In this document: positions 1-9,518 of the stretch, piece after piece
Layout: the number at the start of each line of letters is the position of its first letter
Numbering within the stretch: the first letter of the stretch is position 1
Assembly (NCBI GenBank): GCA_965116885.1
Contig: OZ220741.1
Coordinates: 5,152,001-5,216,000 of the forward strand
Reading direction: 5' to 3'
Source of the DNA: Candidatus Latescibacterota bacterium
GTDB taxonomy: Bacteria > Latescibacterota > UBA2968
DNA: 64,000 bases
Translations under genes and position numbers: made by a program
The notes under the pieces: model-generated
Databases searched by the model: none
What the model was told of the DNA's origin: nothing
Seen by the model: the letters and a program-made list of their open reading frames with translations, nothing else

Positions 1-29
1 TGGCTTGTTGAATGCATCAAAAAGACACT

Positions 30-96
30 GCCATCCTCTCCGGATGGCTTTTTTTAATGGCCACAGCGCAAAACGAGGCGCGGTGGCCATTTTTTT
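30..96 (+). terminator. Two tandem intrinsic terminator-like hairpins
   Basis: GCCATCC/GGATGGC followed by T7 (30-55), then AATGGCCAC/GTGGCCATT followed by a T-run (56-96). Confidence 0.65.
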
Positions 97-345
97 ACAA
101 GGAGGCACTATGATTATTTGACAAACGCTTGGTAAACAAATATCTGGCTCACCATTTCTCTCCCCTTCATCAGAGAAAGGAGATCTGATATGATGTCAGT
201 ACAAACAGAAAGGCCCTCACGCGAGTCTTTGGCGGGACGACGTGAGGACCCCAGATCACACCGACAAGTACATGCGGTGTTCCGCATAATTTAGGACAAA
301 TTTCTGATAACTGCAAATGAAATCACAAACTTGTGGAGAAATTAA

Positions 346-543
346 ATGCAAACCTGGAAGGATGTATTCCGCAGAAAAGAAGAATTGCAAAATCTGAAAA
401 ATATCGGATTCTGCTTTCTGATCGTCATTGCCCTCATCACGGGGTCTTATGCCCTGACGGGGTTGCGAGACATTTTTCAAGTCTCGCTTGCGGAGCCTAC
501 CGAATGGGAAGTCACCGCAATACCTGACGATATTGACGAGTAA
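346..543 (+). CDS. Small single-pass membrane protein, unknown function
   Basis: 65-aa ORF, GGAG RBS, one hydrophobic segment IGFCFLIVIALITGSYAL, directly upstream of the ECF sigma gene. Confidence 0.55.
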   Translation: MQTWKDVFRRKEELQNLKNIGFCFLIVIALITGSYALTGLRDIFQVSLAEPTEWEVTAIPDDIDE

Positions 544-577
544 ATAGACAATCATTCACAGAGGGGGGATCCTAACC

Positions 578-1159
578 ATGGATTACGCAGAAGAGCGAGA
601 TCTGGTGCGTCGCACATTAAATGGCGATGCCGGGGCTTTCAACAGCCTTTACAAACGCCATCACGCCCGGATTCTCGCCACACTGATTGGACGAACCAGA
701 AATCGACACGATGCTGAAGATTTGATGCAAGTGACTTTCTTGCGCGCCTATCGCGGTTTGTCCGGATTCCGCGGGGAGGCCGCATTCTCAACATGGCTAA
801 TGCAGATTGCCCTGAACGTGTGTACCACGCACATGCGATCCAAACAAGCCCGTAGATCCTGGCAACAAACTATTGAAGATACACAACTCGGTTATCGAGA
901 TACGTGGGAGCCAGCCAGTACAGAGCGCCCCGACGATGCGTTGTCTCGAAAAGAATGCCGCGAAATGCTCGAAGAAAGCATAGAAGAACTGCCACAGCGA
1001 TATCGCCATGCCGTGCGATTGCGCTATGTAAAGGATCGATCTTATGCAGAAATTGCCAGAGAACTCGGCGTGCCAATGGGCACCCTGAAAACCTGGCTTC
1101 ATCGCGCGCGACACCAGTTGCAAGAATCTCTTAACGACACGGAACTTGCGGCAATGTAA
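578..1159 (+). CDS. ECF-family RNA polymerase sigma-70 factor
   Basis: Region 2 (DAEDLMQVTFLRAY...FSTWLMQIALN) and region 4 (SYAEIARELGVPMGTLKTWLHRAR). Confidence 0.93.
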   Translation: MDYAEERDLVRRTLNGDAGAFNSLYKRHHARILATLIGRTRNRHDAEDLMQVTFLRAYRGLSGFRGEAAFSTWLMQIALNVCTTHMRSKQARRSWQQTIEDTQLGYRDTWEPASTERPDDALSRKECREMLEESIEELPQRYRHAVRLRYVKDRSYAEIARELGVPMGTLKTWLHRARHQLQESLNDTELAAM

Positions 1160-1224
1160 AACGTCTTACAAGGTGTTATCGCAATAGCTGTCAAATTTTA
1201 ACATTCAAAGGAGAAATTCATTTT

Positions 1225-1437
1225 ATGCACTGCGACATTTGCGGGCGCGAAAACGCGTACATCCACAAAATCGACCGCCTGTATGGCAAGGGGGACCATA
1301 CCGTCACCATTCGCAATATTCCCCTTGCGATATGTTCGACCTGTGATGAACGCTATTTTGCGCCTCGCATACACGACAACGCCGAACAACTGAGTCCAGC
1401 ACTTCATAAACACTCAGAATCGACCTGTCTTGTATAA
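1225..1437 (+). CDS. YgiT/MqsA-type zinc finger protein
   Basis: CxxC...TIRNIPLAICxxC.ERYF pattern; AAGGAG RBS. Confidence 0.75.
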   Translation: MHCDICGRENAYIHKIDRLYGKGDHTVTIRNIPLAICSTCDERYFAPRIHDNAEQLSPALHKHSESTCLV

Positions 1438-1448
1438 ACAAGCAGCTT

Positions 1449-1486
1449 AAAAAAAGCCGCCGGTACATCTTATCGGCGGCTTTTTT
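1449..1486. terminator. Bidirectional intrinsic terminator
   Basis: AAAAAAGCCGCCG...CGGCGGCTTTTTT. Confidence 0.8.
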
Positions 1487-1487
1487 G

Positions 1488-1694
1488 TGTTCATTTTCGG
1501 ACACTACTGTATCAAAATCGGACACTTGCCCACGTAATTAAATTTTGATGAGGTCATTGGTTTTTTTTATTTTTGCCAATATCTTAAATTTTAAAAAAAA
1601 TTAAGCGGTTTATTTACAATAAGTTAAAATAAGTGTAGCCTGAAAAATGTGCTTGAATTATCGATCTCTCAAAAAATTTGGCACGATTTTCGCT
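1488..1694 (+). promoter_or_regulatory. Sigma-54 promoter with tandem upstream activator sites
   Basis: TTGGCACGATTTTCGCT at 1678-1694 (TGGCAC-N5-TCGC); TGT-N10-ACA at 1488-1503 and TGT-N11-ACA at 1508-1524; AT-rich spacer between them and the promoter. Confidence 0.7.
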
Positions 1695-1738
1695 AAATAA
1701 AATGCAAACAATCTTTTCAATTTTCAAAGGAGGTTCCC

Positions 1739-4270
1739 GTGCTCAAAAATTACCTGACTATTGCCTTACGAAATCTGGTACGCTACAAAATATACACCGC
1801 GATCAATGCCCTCGGCCTGGCAACAGGCATTGCATTTTGCCTGCTCACATTTCTCTATGTGCGGCACGAATGGACTTATGACCAATTTCACGAAAAATCC
1901 GACCGCATTTTCCGACTCGGAATGTCTGGCGGAACGTATGGCGGAAGAGACAATGCCATACATGTCCGACTATCGGATCAAATTGGACCACTCATGCGAG
2001 AAAACATCCCGCAATTTGCCCATGTTGTGCGGATCAATGAAGGTCCAGGCACTGTATCTCACGGCAACAACACCTTTGAAGTAAAATCTCTGTTCACCGA
2101 CGAAGATTTTTTTCAACTATTCACGTTTCCACTCATTTACGGCGATCCCAAAACCGCTCTTGCAAATCCAAACAGTATTGTCTTAACTCAAAGTGCGGCA
2201 AAAAAATATTTCGGACAAACCGATGTTGTGGGACGAGAAATCAACATCCGCGACAAAATCTGGAACGAGACAGAAAAAACTTTTGTCATAGCGGGTATCG
2301 CACATGACCCCCCTGAAAATTCCAGCATTCAGTTCGATCTGATTTTTTCTCAGGCAAGCCGTCCTTCTTCTAAAAATAAAATAACGTCATTTATCATGAC
2401 ACCAGATGGCAAAACCGAACGCAAAGAAATTACCCCGCCCGTCTTTATGAGGGGAAGAAATGTCACCTATATACAGCTAATTGATAACGTGCAATTGGCA
2501 GACGTGGCTCCTGTTCTGAATGCATTTGTTGAAGCAAACAAAACTTCCAGTGGCAATTTCCACTCTAAACGCAAGACTCCAGATTTGACCTTGCACTTGC
2601 AGCCTATCGCGGATATTCATTTTGATCGCGAAATAACAAATGGACTTTCAGCACCGAGCAACCCCGCATATTCCTACATCCTCGCGGGCATTGCCCTCTC
2701 TGTATTGCTGGTAGCGTGCATCAATTTTACGAACCTCGCCATTGCGCGGTCTGCGACCCGAGCGCGAGAGGTGGGGATACGCAAAGTAGTAGGTGCGATG
2801 CGTTTTCAACTGATGAAACAATTTTGGGGCGAATCTTTGCTGCTCACGGGTGTGGGAATGCTACTGGGGCTTGCACTAACAGAGTTTTTTCTCTCGACCT
2901 TCAATGCTTTAACACAGGTAAATTTAACACTGAATTATCAACCTTCCCTATCTGGCTTACTCTTTGGCATGGTGCTCTTATTGGTTATCAGTCTGGTATC
3001 GGGCATCTATCCGGCACTCGTACTATCGGGTTTTGACCCCATTGCCGTTTTGAAGAACCGATTCAATATCGGCGGCAGGTCCTGGTCTGGTCGCGTCCTC
3101 ATCGTTGGTCAGTTCGTCGTTGCGATTTTATTTTTGATTGCCACCCTTGTAATGTCTCGGCAATTGACATTCTTAAAAGAAAAGAATCTGGGCTTAAATG
3201 AGTCGCAGGTCGTATTGATAACCCCACGCTACTCGTCACCAGACCGTCAGCAACACCACCTGAGATTGCAACTCTTCAAGCAAGAACTCAAACGGCACCC
3301 CCAGATCGTAAACGCGACGCAATCGCGTTTGTTCTCCCACCTGGAAGCGGACTCAGATACCCGCAAAAGCAATATTACATTTCCCAATGGAGAAATCGTG
3401 GAAAAAGCCGAAATTTCCGTAGATTACGACTTCTTTGACACATTAGGTATCAATCTACTGGCAGGACGCAATTTTTCGCCAAACTTTGGCACAGACGCAA
3501 CACAGGCCGTTCTGGTCAATAAAACATTTGTCGAACGCGCGCAATTGGAACAACCTATCAACACAACCTTGCCCATGACGAAGATGATGGCTTCTTTTGC
3601 AACGGGAGATAGCTTACCGAAAGTTCAACAAATAAAAGACCCCAAAATTATCGGTGTCGTAGATGATTTTCACCTGCGGTCACTGCATTATGCCCTGCCT
3701 CCTTTGGTGATATTTTTAGACGCCGTCAGCTTGAGCAGCGATTTCCTTGTACGCATTCGCCCAGAACGCATGGCCGAAACGCTCGCCTTTATGGCTGAAA
3801 AGTGGCAGTCTATTTCGGGAGATGCACCGTTTGACTATGTCTTCCTCGACGAAAATTTTGATCGCCTCTACCGCGAGGAAGAACGCTGGGGCACCATTGT
3901 CCAATACGCCTCCTTCTTCGCGCTCTTTGTCGCATGCCTCGGAGTTCTGGGCCTCACGTCCCTCGCCATTACCCGACGCACCAAAGAAATCGGCATCCGC
4001 AAAGTACTCGGCGCATCGAACCATCACATCGTCGCCTTATTGTCCAGAGAATTTGTGGTGCTTATTCTCATCGCCAACCTGATCGCCTGGCCCATCGCCC
4101 ATTACGGCGTCGAGCACTGGTTGCGAGATTTTGCCTACCGCATCGATGCGGGTATGGGCCTCTTTTTGCTCGGCGGATTGCTCGTCTTTTTAACGGCCCT
4201 GCTCACCATTGGCATTCAAGCCCTCAAAGCCGCACAGCGCAATCCCGTCCACGCCCTGCGATATGAGTGA
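1739..4270 (+). CDS. MacB/FtsX-family ABC transporter permease (duplicated domains)
   Basis: MLKNYLTIALRNL start; two FtsX motifs (REVGIRKVVGA, KEIGIRKVLGAS); NPVHALRYE end. Confidence 0.93.
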   Translation: MLKNYLTIALRNLVRYKIYTAINALGLATGIAFCLLTFLYVRHEWTYDQFHEKSDRIFRLGMSGGTYGGRDNAIHVRLSDQIGPLMRENIPQFAHVVRINEGPGTVSHGNNTFEVKSLFTDEDFFQLFTFPLIYGDPKTALANPNSIVLTQSAAKKYFGQTDVVGREINIRDKIWNETEKTFVIAGIAHDPPENSSIQFDLIFSQASRPSSKNKITSFIMTPDGKTERKEITPPVFMRGRNVTYIQLIDNVQLADVAPVLNAFVEANKTSSGNFHSKRKTPDLTLHLQPIADIHFDREITNGLSAPSNPAYSYILAGIALSVLLVACINFTNLAIARSATRAREVGIRKVVGAMRFQLMKQFWGESLLLTGVGMLLGLALTEFFLSTFNALTQVNLTLNYQPSLSGLLFGMVLLLVISLVSGIYPALVLSGFDPIAVLKNRFNIGGRSWSGRVLIVGQFVVAILFLIATLVMSRQLTFLKEKNLGLNESQVVLITPRYSSPDRQQHHLRLQLFKQELKRHPQIVNATQSRLFSHLEADSDTRKSNITFPNGEIVEKAEISVDYDFFDTLGINLLAGRNFSPNFGTDATQAVLVNKTFVERAQLEQPINTTLPMTKMMASFATGDSLPKVQQIKDPKIIGVVDDFHLRSLHYALPPLVIFLDAVSLSSDFLVRIRPERMAETLAFMAEKWQSISGDAPFDYVFLDENFDRLYREEERWGTIVQYASFFALFVACLGVLGLTSLAITRRTKEIGIRKVLGASNHHIVALLSREFVVLILIANLIAWPIAHYGVEHWLRDFAYRIDAGMGLFLLGGLLVFLTALLTIGIQALKAAQRNPVHALRYE

Positions 4271-4365
4271 GAGCAAATAAGGCGTTATGAGAAGATTGGC
4301 CATAACCCATTGATTTTACTTTTTAAAAAAGTTTAATTGTTTTCCATTAAACTGTAAAATTTTCC

Positions 4366-4394
4366 TTGACACCTGTTCTTTTGTTTAGTATTTT
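4366..4394 (+). promoter_or_regulatory. Sigma-70 promoter
   Basis: TTGACA-17 bp-TATTTT upstream of ORF 4439; IHF-like TAACCCATTGATT at about 4303. Confidence 0.6.
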
Positions 4395-4438
4395 TGTGCA
4401 TAGAACGTTGAGACATAATCCTTCGACAGGAGGTAATC

Positions 4439-4735
4439 ATGGCAAGCATTGAGATTCAGACTGAACAGGGAATTGAGGAAATTCTATTGTCCGATTTGAG
4501 TCGGGATTTGCTCAAAGTTGCCGATCGCATTCAGGCCGAGATGCCACATGTACCTTTTGATGACATTCGTCCCGAAGCCCTGGCGCGCGTCGAAGCCGCC
4601 GAGCAAGCTGTCGATACTCTGGCACAAGATTTGTGCAAGGGGCAAGGGGAACTCACTGAGTGGCACGGTGCCCTGACGGCTTACGAATCGGCCTGGTTTC
4701 AGGTTATAGAGTCTTTAGGCGTCCGCAATAATTAA
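4439..4735 (+). CDS. Small acidic helical hypothetical protein
   Basis: 98-aa ORF with strong AGGAGGT RBS. Confidence 0.75.
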   Translation: MASIEIQTEQGIEEILLSDLSRDLLKVADRIQAEMPHVPFDDIRPEALARVEAAEQAVDTLAQDLCKGQGELTEWHGALTAYESAWFQVIESLGVRNN

Positions 4736-4816
4736 ATCACATATACTCACGTTTATTTTCGGCAATAAATAACCCGTCGTATTGCCGATTTCCACGAAAG
4801 CAAAGGAGAGATAGCA

Positions 4817-5554
4817 ATGTCCCAGCGAGATATGAAAACGAATAACGCAAATATGAAGGCGACAGCAACCCAACCAATCGACCATATCAAAACTCAGATT
4901 GCAGAATCCGAAGGTTTTCCCACCGAGAAAATCGATGAGTTTGTGGTATTCATCCAGAACGATCCCTACATCACGTCTGCGGGGTTGCAGTACAAAATGT
5001 TGCAAACCTATAAGGCTGGCAAATTCGCTGTGCAGGCTGTAATGCCTACCAAAGAAGAATACGCTCTATTGCGGCAAATGATGGGATTAAAAGATGAGGA
5101 ACCGCTGGTGGTAATGCGCGGTGAAGTGTGGGTTGATGGGCTTGCGCGGCCTTTTGTCGATTACGGCACTACAACACCTAAAAATCTCAAAGGATTTGTG
5201 CGGTTTTCAGATTATCCACTCGAAATGGCGACGCGACGCGCCACCAATCGGGCGATGCGTTTGGCTACTGCGACGGGAATGTGTTCTGTCGATGAGCTAC
5301 AGGTAGCCACAGACGCCGCACAGACCAACGGCGATGTTGAAGCGATGCACAACGGTTCATCTGCTACGCAAAGTCAAATTGATCTGATTAAAAATCTGGG
5401 GCGCAGTCCACGGCTAACCGAGCGAGAACGCGAGCGATTGAAAACCCAGATTGAAGGTGGATTGGACAAGCGTCAAGCATCGGAATTGATCCAAAAAATA
5501 AAAGCGAGGTTAGACGCCCGGCGCAAAGCCGATGCACAACCTATCGCGGCCTGA
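4817..5554 (+). CDS. Putative single-strand DNA annealing protein (Rad52/RecT-superfamily-like)
   Basis: PYITSAGL N-terminal motif, EMATRRATNRAMR helix, CSVDEL, flexible linker, ATQSQIDLI...ASELI C-terminal helical domain. Confidence 0.6.
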   Translation: MSQRDMKTNNANMKATATQPIDHIKTQIAESEGFPTEKIDEFVVFIQNDPYITSAGLQYKMLQTYKAGKFAVQAVMPTKEEYALLRQMMGLKDEEPLVVMRGEVWVDGLARPFVDYGTTTPKNLKGFVRFSDYPLEMATRRATNRAMRLATATGMCSVDELQVATDAAQTNGDVEAMHNGSSATQSQIDLIKNLGRSPRLTERERERLKTQIEGGLDKRQASELIQKIKARLDARRKADAQPIAA

Positions 5555-5628
5555 TTTTGAGCCGGTTGTCACGCACATTCTTTCGTCAGGGGAGAGGGGA
5601 AGGATTTAGCGTACAACCGGCACTTAAC

Positions 5629-5664
5629 AAAAAAGCGGAAGCTCTTTGAGAGCCCCGCTTTTTT
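5629..5664. terminator. Intrinsic terminator
   Basis: AAAAAAGCGG..GCTCT/AGAGC..CCGCTTTTTT. Confidence 0.7.
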
Positions 5665-5765
5665 GTTTTTTACGGCTAATAGTGCCCTCTTGTGCTTTCG
5701 TTTCCTTTTGTGTATCATGGGGCAAACCGGCGGACGATCAAAAATGCGATAAAAGGTATATTGTT

Positions 5766-8123
5766 ATGAAATCGATAATACTGGGAATTTTGTGCATTGC
5801 GCTGACTGCAACAGATGGTCTGGCAAAAGATGCTTCGCCAGAGGCCATTGCCGCGGCAGAGAGAGCGTATCGTGAAGGGATGAAACACTTTGAGGCAAAA
5901 AATCTGGACGCGGCGCTTGTATCGTTTCAATCGGCGATTGCCCAGAACGAAAAGTACGCACCCGCCTATGTGGGCCTGGGGCATGTCTATTTGAAACAGG
6001 GCAATTTGACCGAAGCGGAAAAGGCGTTTAAGACCGCAGTCTCAAAAAACAAAAAATACGCGCCAGCTTACAATGGATTGGGCCTGGTCTATAGCCGCAA
6101 AAAGAACGAACTGCGTCGGGCAATTGCGTATTTTCGGGATGCAAATCGAGCAGATAAAAAATACTCGGAAGCGCAATATAACCTGGCGCAAACCCTGGAA
6201 AATTACGGCAGCAGTGAGACTCTCAAAGCCTATCGCAATGTCTTAAAGATCGATCCCAAACACCCCAATGCAAACTATCGCATAGGGATATTGCTCGATA
6301 AAGATGGAGAACGCGAAAAAGCCGTGCAAGCGTATCGCGATCAGCTACAAGCAAAACCGGATCACCGCGGGGCGCGCTTGAATCTGGGCATTGATCTAAA
6401 ATTGCTCGGGCAATTGCGAGAGGCACTTCAGCACCTGCTCAAAGTTGCAACCGTAGCCAGCGATTTTCAACGTCGAGCCGTATTGGAATTGGCGCAGGTA
6501 TTTCAAAGGGCAAAGGCATTTGAACAATCAGCGCGATTATTTGAATCATATATCAAGCAGTTATCCGAAAAAGAACAAGAAACGTATAGCGATCTGAATC
6601 TCGTCGCATCGGGTCCCATTCTCAAGGAATATAACGATGCCGAGACACTGCCAGAAAAAAAGCGCGTTTTTAGAACATTCTGGTCGCGTTTAGATCCCGC
6701 TCCCGTCACCGAAGCCAATGAACGGTTATTGGAACACTATCGCCGCGTCGCGTATGCGCGCGAATTTTTTGGAACACTTCGATTTCCCTGGGATGCGCGC
6801 GGCGAAGCCTATATCCGCTATGGCGCGCCTGACCATGTGAGCAATTCGGGCAATATTCAATTGGAGCAGACAAAAAAATTGGTTGATGTAAAAGAGCGGC
6901 TCATTCAAAAAGCCGGACCAGCGGTAGATCGATTGCTCAGAGCGCGGGCCGACGCGGTCGCATCGAGCATGGTGGGTATGCGAGGACAATTGCCGCGCAC
7001 AGGAGATCGAAGCCCCGGCGCGCGCGGCGAACGCCAGCAAGTAACCAGTGGAACCATTTTGGGCTGGCCGGTATATCCGGTAGATGGGATATGGGAATAC
7101 TGGATCTATGCCGATGTTGGCAATGGTATAGAAGTCGTATTTGAGCAGCGCTCAAACCAGGGAGCCTGGGATTATGCCGATATACCGCTCGGCAGAGGGC
7201 GGATTGCGAGAATATGGCAGGACATGCATCCAGAAATTGTCTTGAAGGGAATTGCAGCTATTACACCAATGACATATCGCCCCGACTTTGCGACTGGTGC
7301 GTTGGATTTTTATCTTGCCTCATCGGCTTTCCGAGGACAAGATGGTCTAACCACGCTCGAAATTTATTACGGTATTCCAACCCCGCAATTGCACTTTGTG
7401 GCCGGGCAAGATGGCGCGAGGATCGCACAATTAGACCGTGGCATTGTGGTTTACAATCAAGCGGGCGATCCCATCTATCGCACGAGCCAGGAAATGCTAC
7501 TGGCCGCGTCGGGTGAGGCTACTCAGGCACCTGGCGCATATATGCCTGAAATGGACCGCTTATTTTTAACACCGGGCAATTATCGCATTTCCGTGCAGGT
7601 TTTGGATCGTCGTTCGAGAAAATCACAGGTATATCACATCAACCGCGTCGTACCCGAATACGATATAGACGACGAGTTAAAAATCAGCGATGTGGAACTC
7701 GCCGCCACCATTGATATAGCCGACAAGAGCCGGTTCCAAAAGGGCGATATCGAAGTGATTCCCATAGCCTCAAAAACTTATTTGCCCGCGCAGCCCGTAT
7801 TTATCTATTTCGAAATTTACAACTTAAAACGCAATGCCTTCGGCCAGACCAAATACCGCGTATCTTATGTCGTGCGATCGCGCGACCAAAAAACCATCGG
7901 CGCACGAATTTTAGGCGGCGTAGGCAAAATGCTCGGACAAAAGAGCGAGCAGGGCGTTATTTCAATCGAATACGAACAGGTGGGAACAGAGACACAAGAA
8001 CCGGGCTATCTTGAATTGGATATGTCGCGCTCTGAACCGGGCGAAAAAATCGTAGAAATCGCGGTTGTAGATGAAACAACAGGCCAGACAGCAACCGCGA
8101 CCGCGACATTTATCACTCAATAG
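5766..8123 (+). CDS. Secreted TPR-repeat GWxTD-domain protein
   Basis: Signal peptide MKSIILGILCIALTATDGLA, multiple TPRs, FWSRLDP...EHYRRVAYA...PWDARGEAYIRYGAPD; start moved to ATG 5766. Confidence 0.85.
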   Translation: MKSIILGILCIALTATDGLAKDASPEAIAAAERAYREGMKHFEAKNLDAALVSFQSAIAQNEKYAPAYVGLGHVYLKQGNLTEAEKAFKTAVSKNKKYAPAYNGLGLVYSRKKNELRRAIAYFRDANRADKKYSEAQYNLAQTLENYGSSETLKAYRNVLKIDPKHPNANYRIGILLDKDGEREKAVQAYRDQLQAKPDHRGARLNLGIDLKLLGQLREALQHLLKVATVASDFQRRAVLELAQVFQRAKAFEQSARLFESYIKQLSEKEQETYSDLNLVASGPILKEYNDAETLPEKKRVFRTFWSRLDPAPVTEANERLLEHYRRVAYAREFFGTLRFPWDARGEAYIRYGAPDHVSNSGNIQLEQTKKLVDVKERLIQKAGPAVDRLLRARADAVASSMVGMRGQLPRTGDRSPGARGERQQVTSGTILGWPVYPVDGIWEYWIYADVGNGIEVVFEQRSNQGAWDYADIPLGRGRIARIWQDMHPEIVLKGIAAITPMTYRPDFATGALDFYLASSAFRGQDGLTTLEIYYGIPTPQLHFVAGQDGARIAQLDRGIVVYNQAGDPIYRTSQEMLLAASGEATQAPGAYMPEMDRLFLTPGNYRISVQVLDRRSRKSQVYHINRVVPEYDIDDELKISDVELAATIDIADKSRFQKGDIEVIPIASKTYLPAQPVFIYFEIYNLKRNAFGQTKYRVSYVVRSRDQKTIGARILGGVGKMLGQKSEQGVISIEYEQVGTETQEPGYLELDMSRSEPGEKIVEIAVVDETTGQTATATATFITQ

Positions 8124-8139
8124 GATAGGAGCAAATTCG

Positions 8140-9483
8140 ATGCGTATTTTTGACGTTGAAACTATGCGCGCACACGCGCGTGAAATTTTTGACACATCAG
8201 TCAAAGCTGTTGATGCCGAACAGTGCGTGCGGCAATTTGTATCGCTGGATGGCGATATTTTGCGCGTGGGCGATCAAAATTATGATTTAAGTGTTTACCG
8301 CCGCATTCTGGTCGTGGGCACGGGCAAAGCCTCGCCACAAATGGGTGTGGCTCTGGAAGATATATTAGGCGATTGCATCTCTGATGGATCTATGAATACA
8401 AAATACGACCATGCATTGCCCTTAAAACATATCGATATAGTGGAATGCGGCCATCCCGTACCCGACGAATCGGGAGTTGAAGGCGTCGGACGCATGGTTC
8501 ATTTGCTGGAAGAAGCGGATGAAAACACGCTGGTGATTTGTTTGATCTCCGGTGGTGGCTCGGCACTCGCACCCGCACCTGCTGACGGATTGACGCTTGC
8601 AGACAAGCAAGAAACGACGAGCCTATTGTTGGCCTGCGGTGCAAATATTGTGGAACTCAATGCCATCCGCAAACATCTATCGCGCCTAAAAGGTGGGGGG
8701 TTAGCGCGTGCGGCGTTTCCCGCAACAGTTATCGCACTAATGTTGTCAGATGTGATTGGCGATCCCATGGATGTCATCGCATCTGGCCCCACAGTGCCGG
8801 ATACCGCGACATTTAAAACGTGTATGGATATTCTGGACAAATACGAATTGGTCGATAAAATACCCGAAAGCGTTCGGCTGAGACTACAAGCCGGTTTGGC
8901 CGGAGATATTGAAGATACGCCCAAGCCCGGCGATGCGGCACTCTCCAAAGTTCAGAATCTCGTGGTCGGCAGCAATGGCCTGGCCGTAGCTGCGGCAAAT
9001 AACAAAGCAATGGAATTGGGATATAATACGCTGGTATTATCTACGCGCATCGAGGGCGAAGCGAGAGAAGTCGCTTATGTATATGCGGGTATTGCCAAAG
9101 AAATTGTGACATCTGGACAGCCCATTGCGGCACCGGCCTGCGTGATTGCCGGCGGAGAAACAACCGTGCTGGTGCGCGGGGATGGCAAGGGGGGGCGCAA
9201 TCAAGAGATACCGCTATCGGGTGCAATTCAGTTGGCCGGATGGGACAATGTCGTACTGTTTAGCGGAGGTACCGATGGCACCGATGGACCAACCGATGCC
9301 GCAGGCGCCGTAGCCGATGGACAAACCATAGCGCGAGCAGAGACACTGGGACTTTCCGCGATCGCACATCTTAAAAACAATGATGCCTACCACTTTTTTA
9401 AACCACTGGACGACCTGATCATCACGGGAGCAACCGGAACCAATGTCGCAGATGTCGCGCTGGTAATGGTCGGGAATGCATAA
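8140..9483 (+). CDS. Glycerate kinase type 2 (MOFRL/TtuD family)
   Basis: GHPVPD, ISGGGSAL, GGETTV, GGRNQE, TDGTDGPTDAAG, TGTNVAD motifs. Confidence 0.92.
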   Translation: MRIFDVETMRAHAREIFDTSVKAVDAEQCVRQFVSLDGDILRVGDQNYDLSVYRRILVVGTGKASPQMGVALEDILGDCISDGSMNTKYDHALPLKHIDIVECGHPVPDESGVEGVGRMVHLLEEADENTLVICLISGGGSALAPAPADGLTLADKQETTSLLLACGANIVELNAIRKHLSRLKGGGLARAAFPATVIALMLSDVIGDPMDVIASGPTVPDTATFKTCMDILDKYELVDKIPESVRLRLQAGLAGDIEDTPKPGDAALSKVQNLVVGSNGLAVAAANNKAMELGYNTLVLSTRIEGEAREVAYVYAGIAKEIVTSGQPIAAPACVIAGGETTVLVRGDGKGGRNQEIPLSGAIQLAGWDNVVLFSGGTDGTDGPTDAAGAVADGQTIARAETLGLSAIAHLKNNDAYHFFKPLDDLIITGATGTNVADVALVMVGNA

Positions 9484-9518
9484 TTTGACGCGTTTGAATT
9501 TTTCGGGAAATATGTCTC

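Noticed and set aside
1..55. 3' end of a known riboswitch
   Set aside because: AAGACACTGCC only loosely resembles a cobalamin-riboswitch tail, and any aptamer would lie outside the window, so it cannot be supported.
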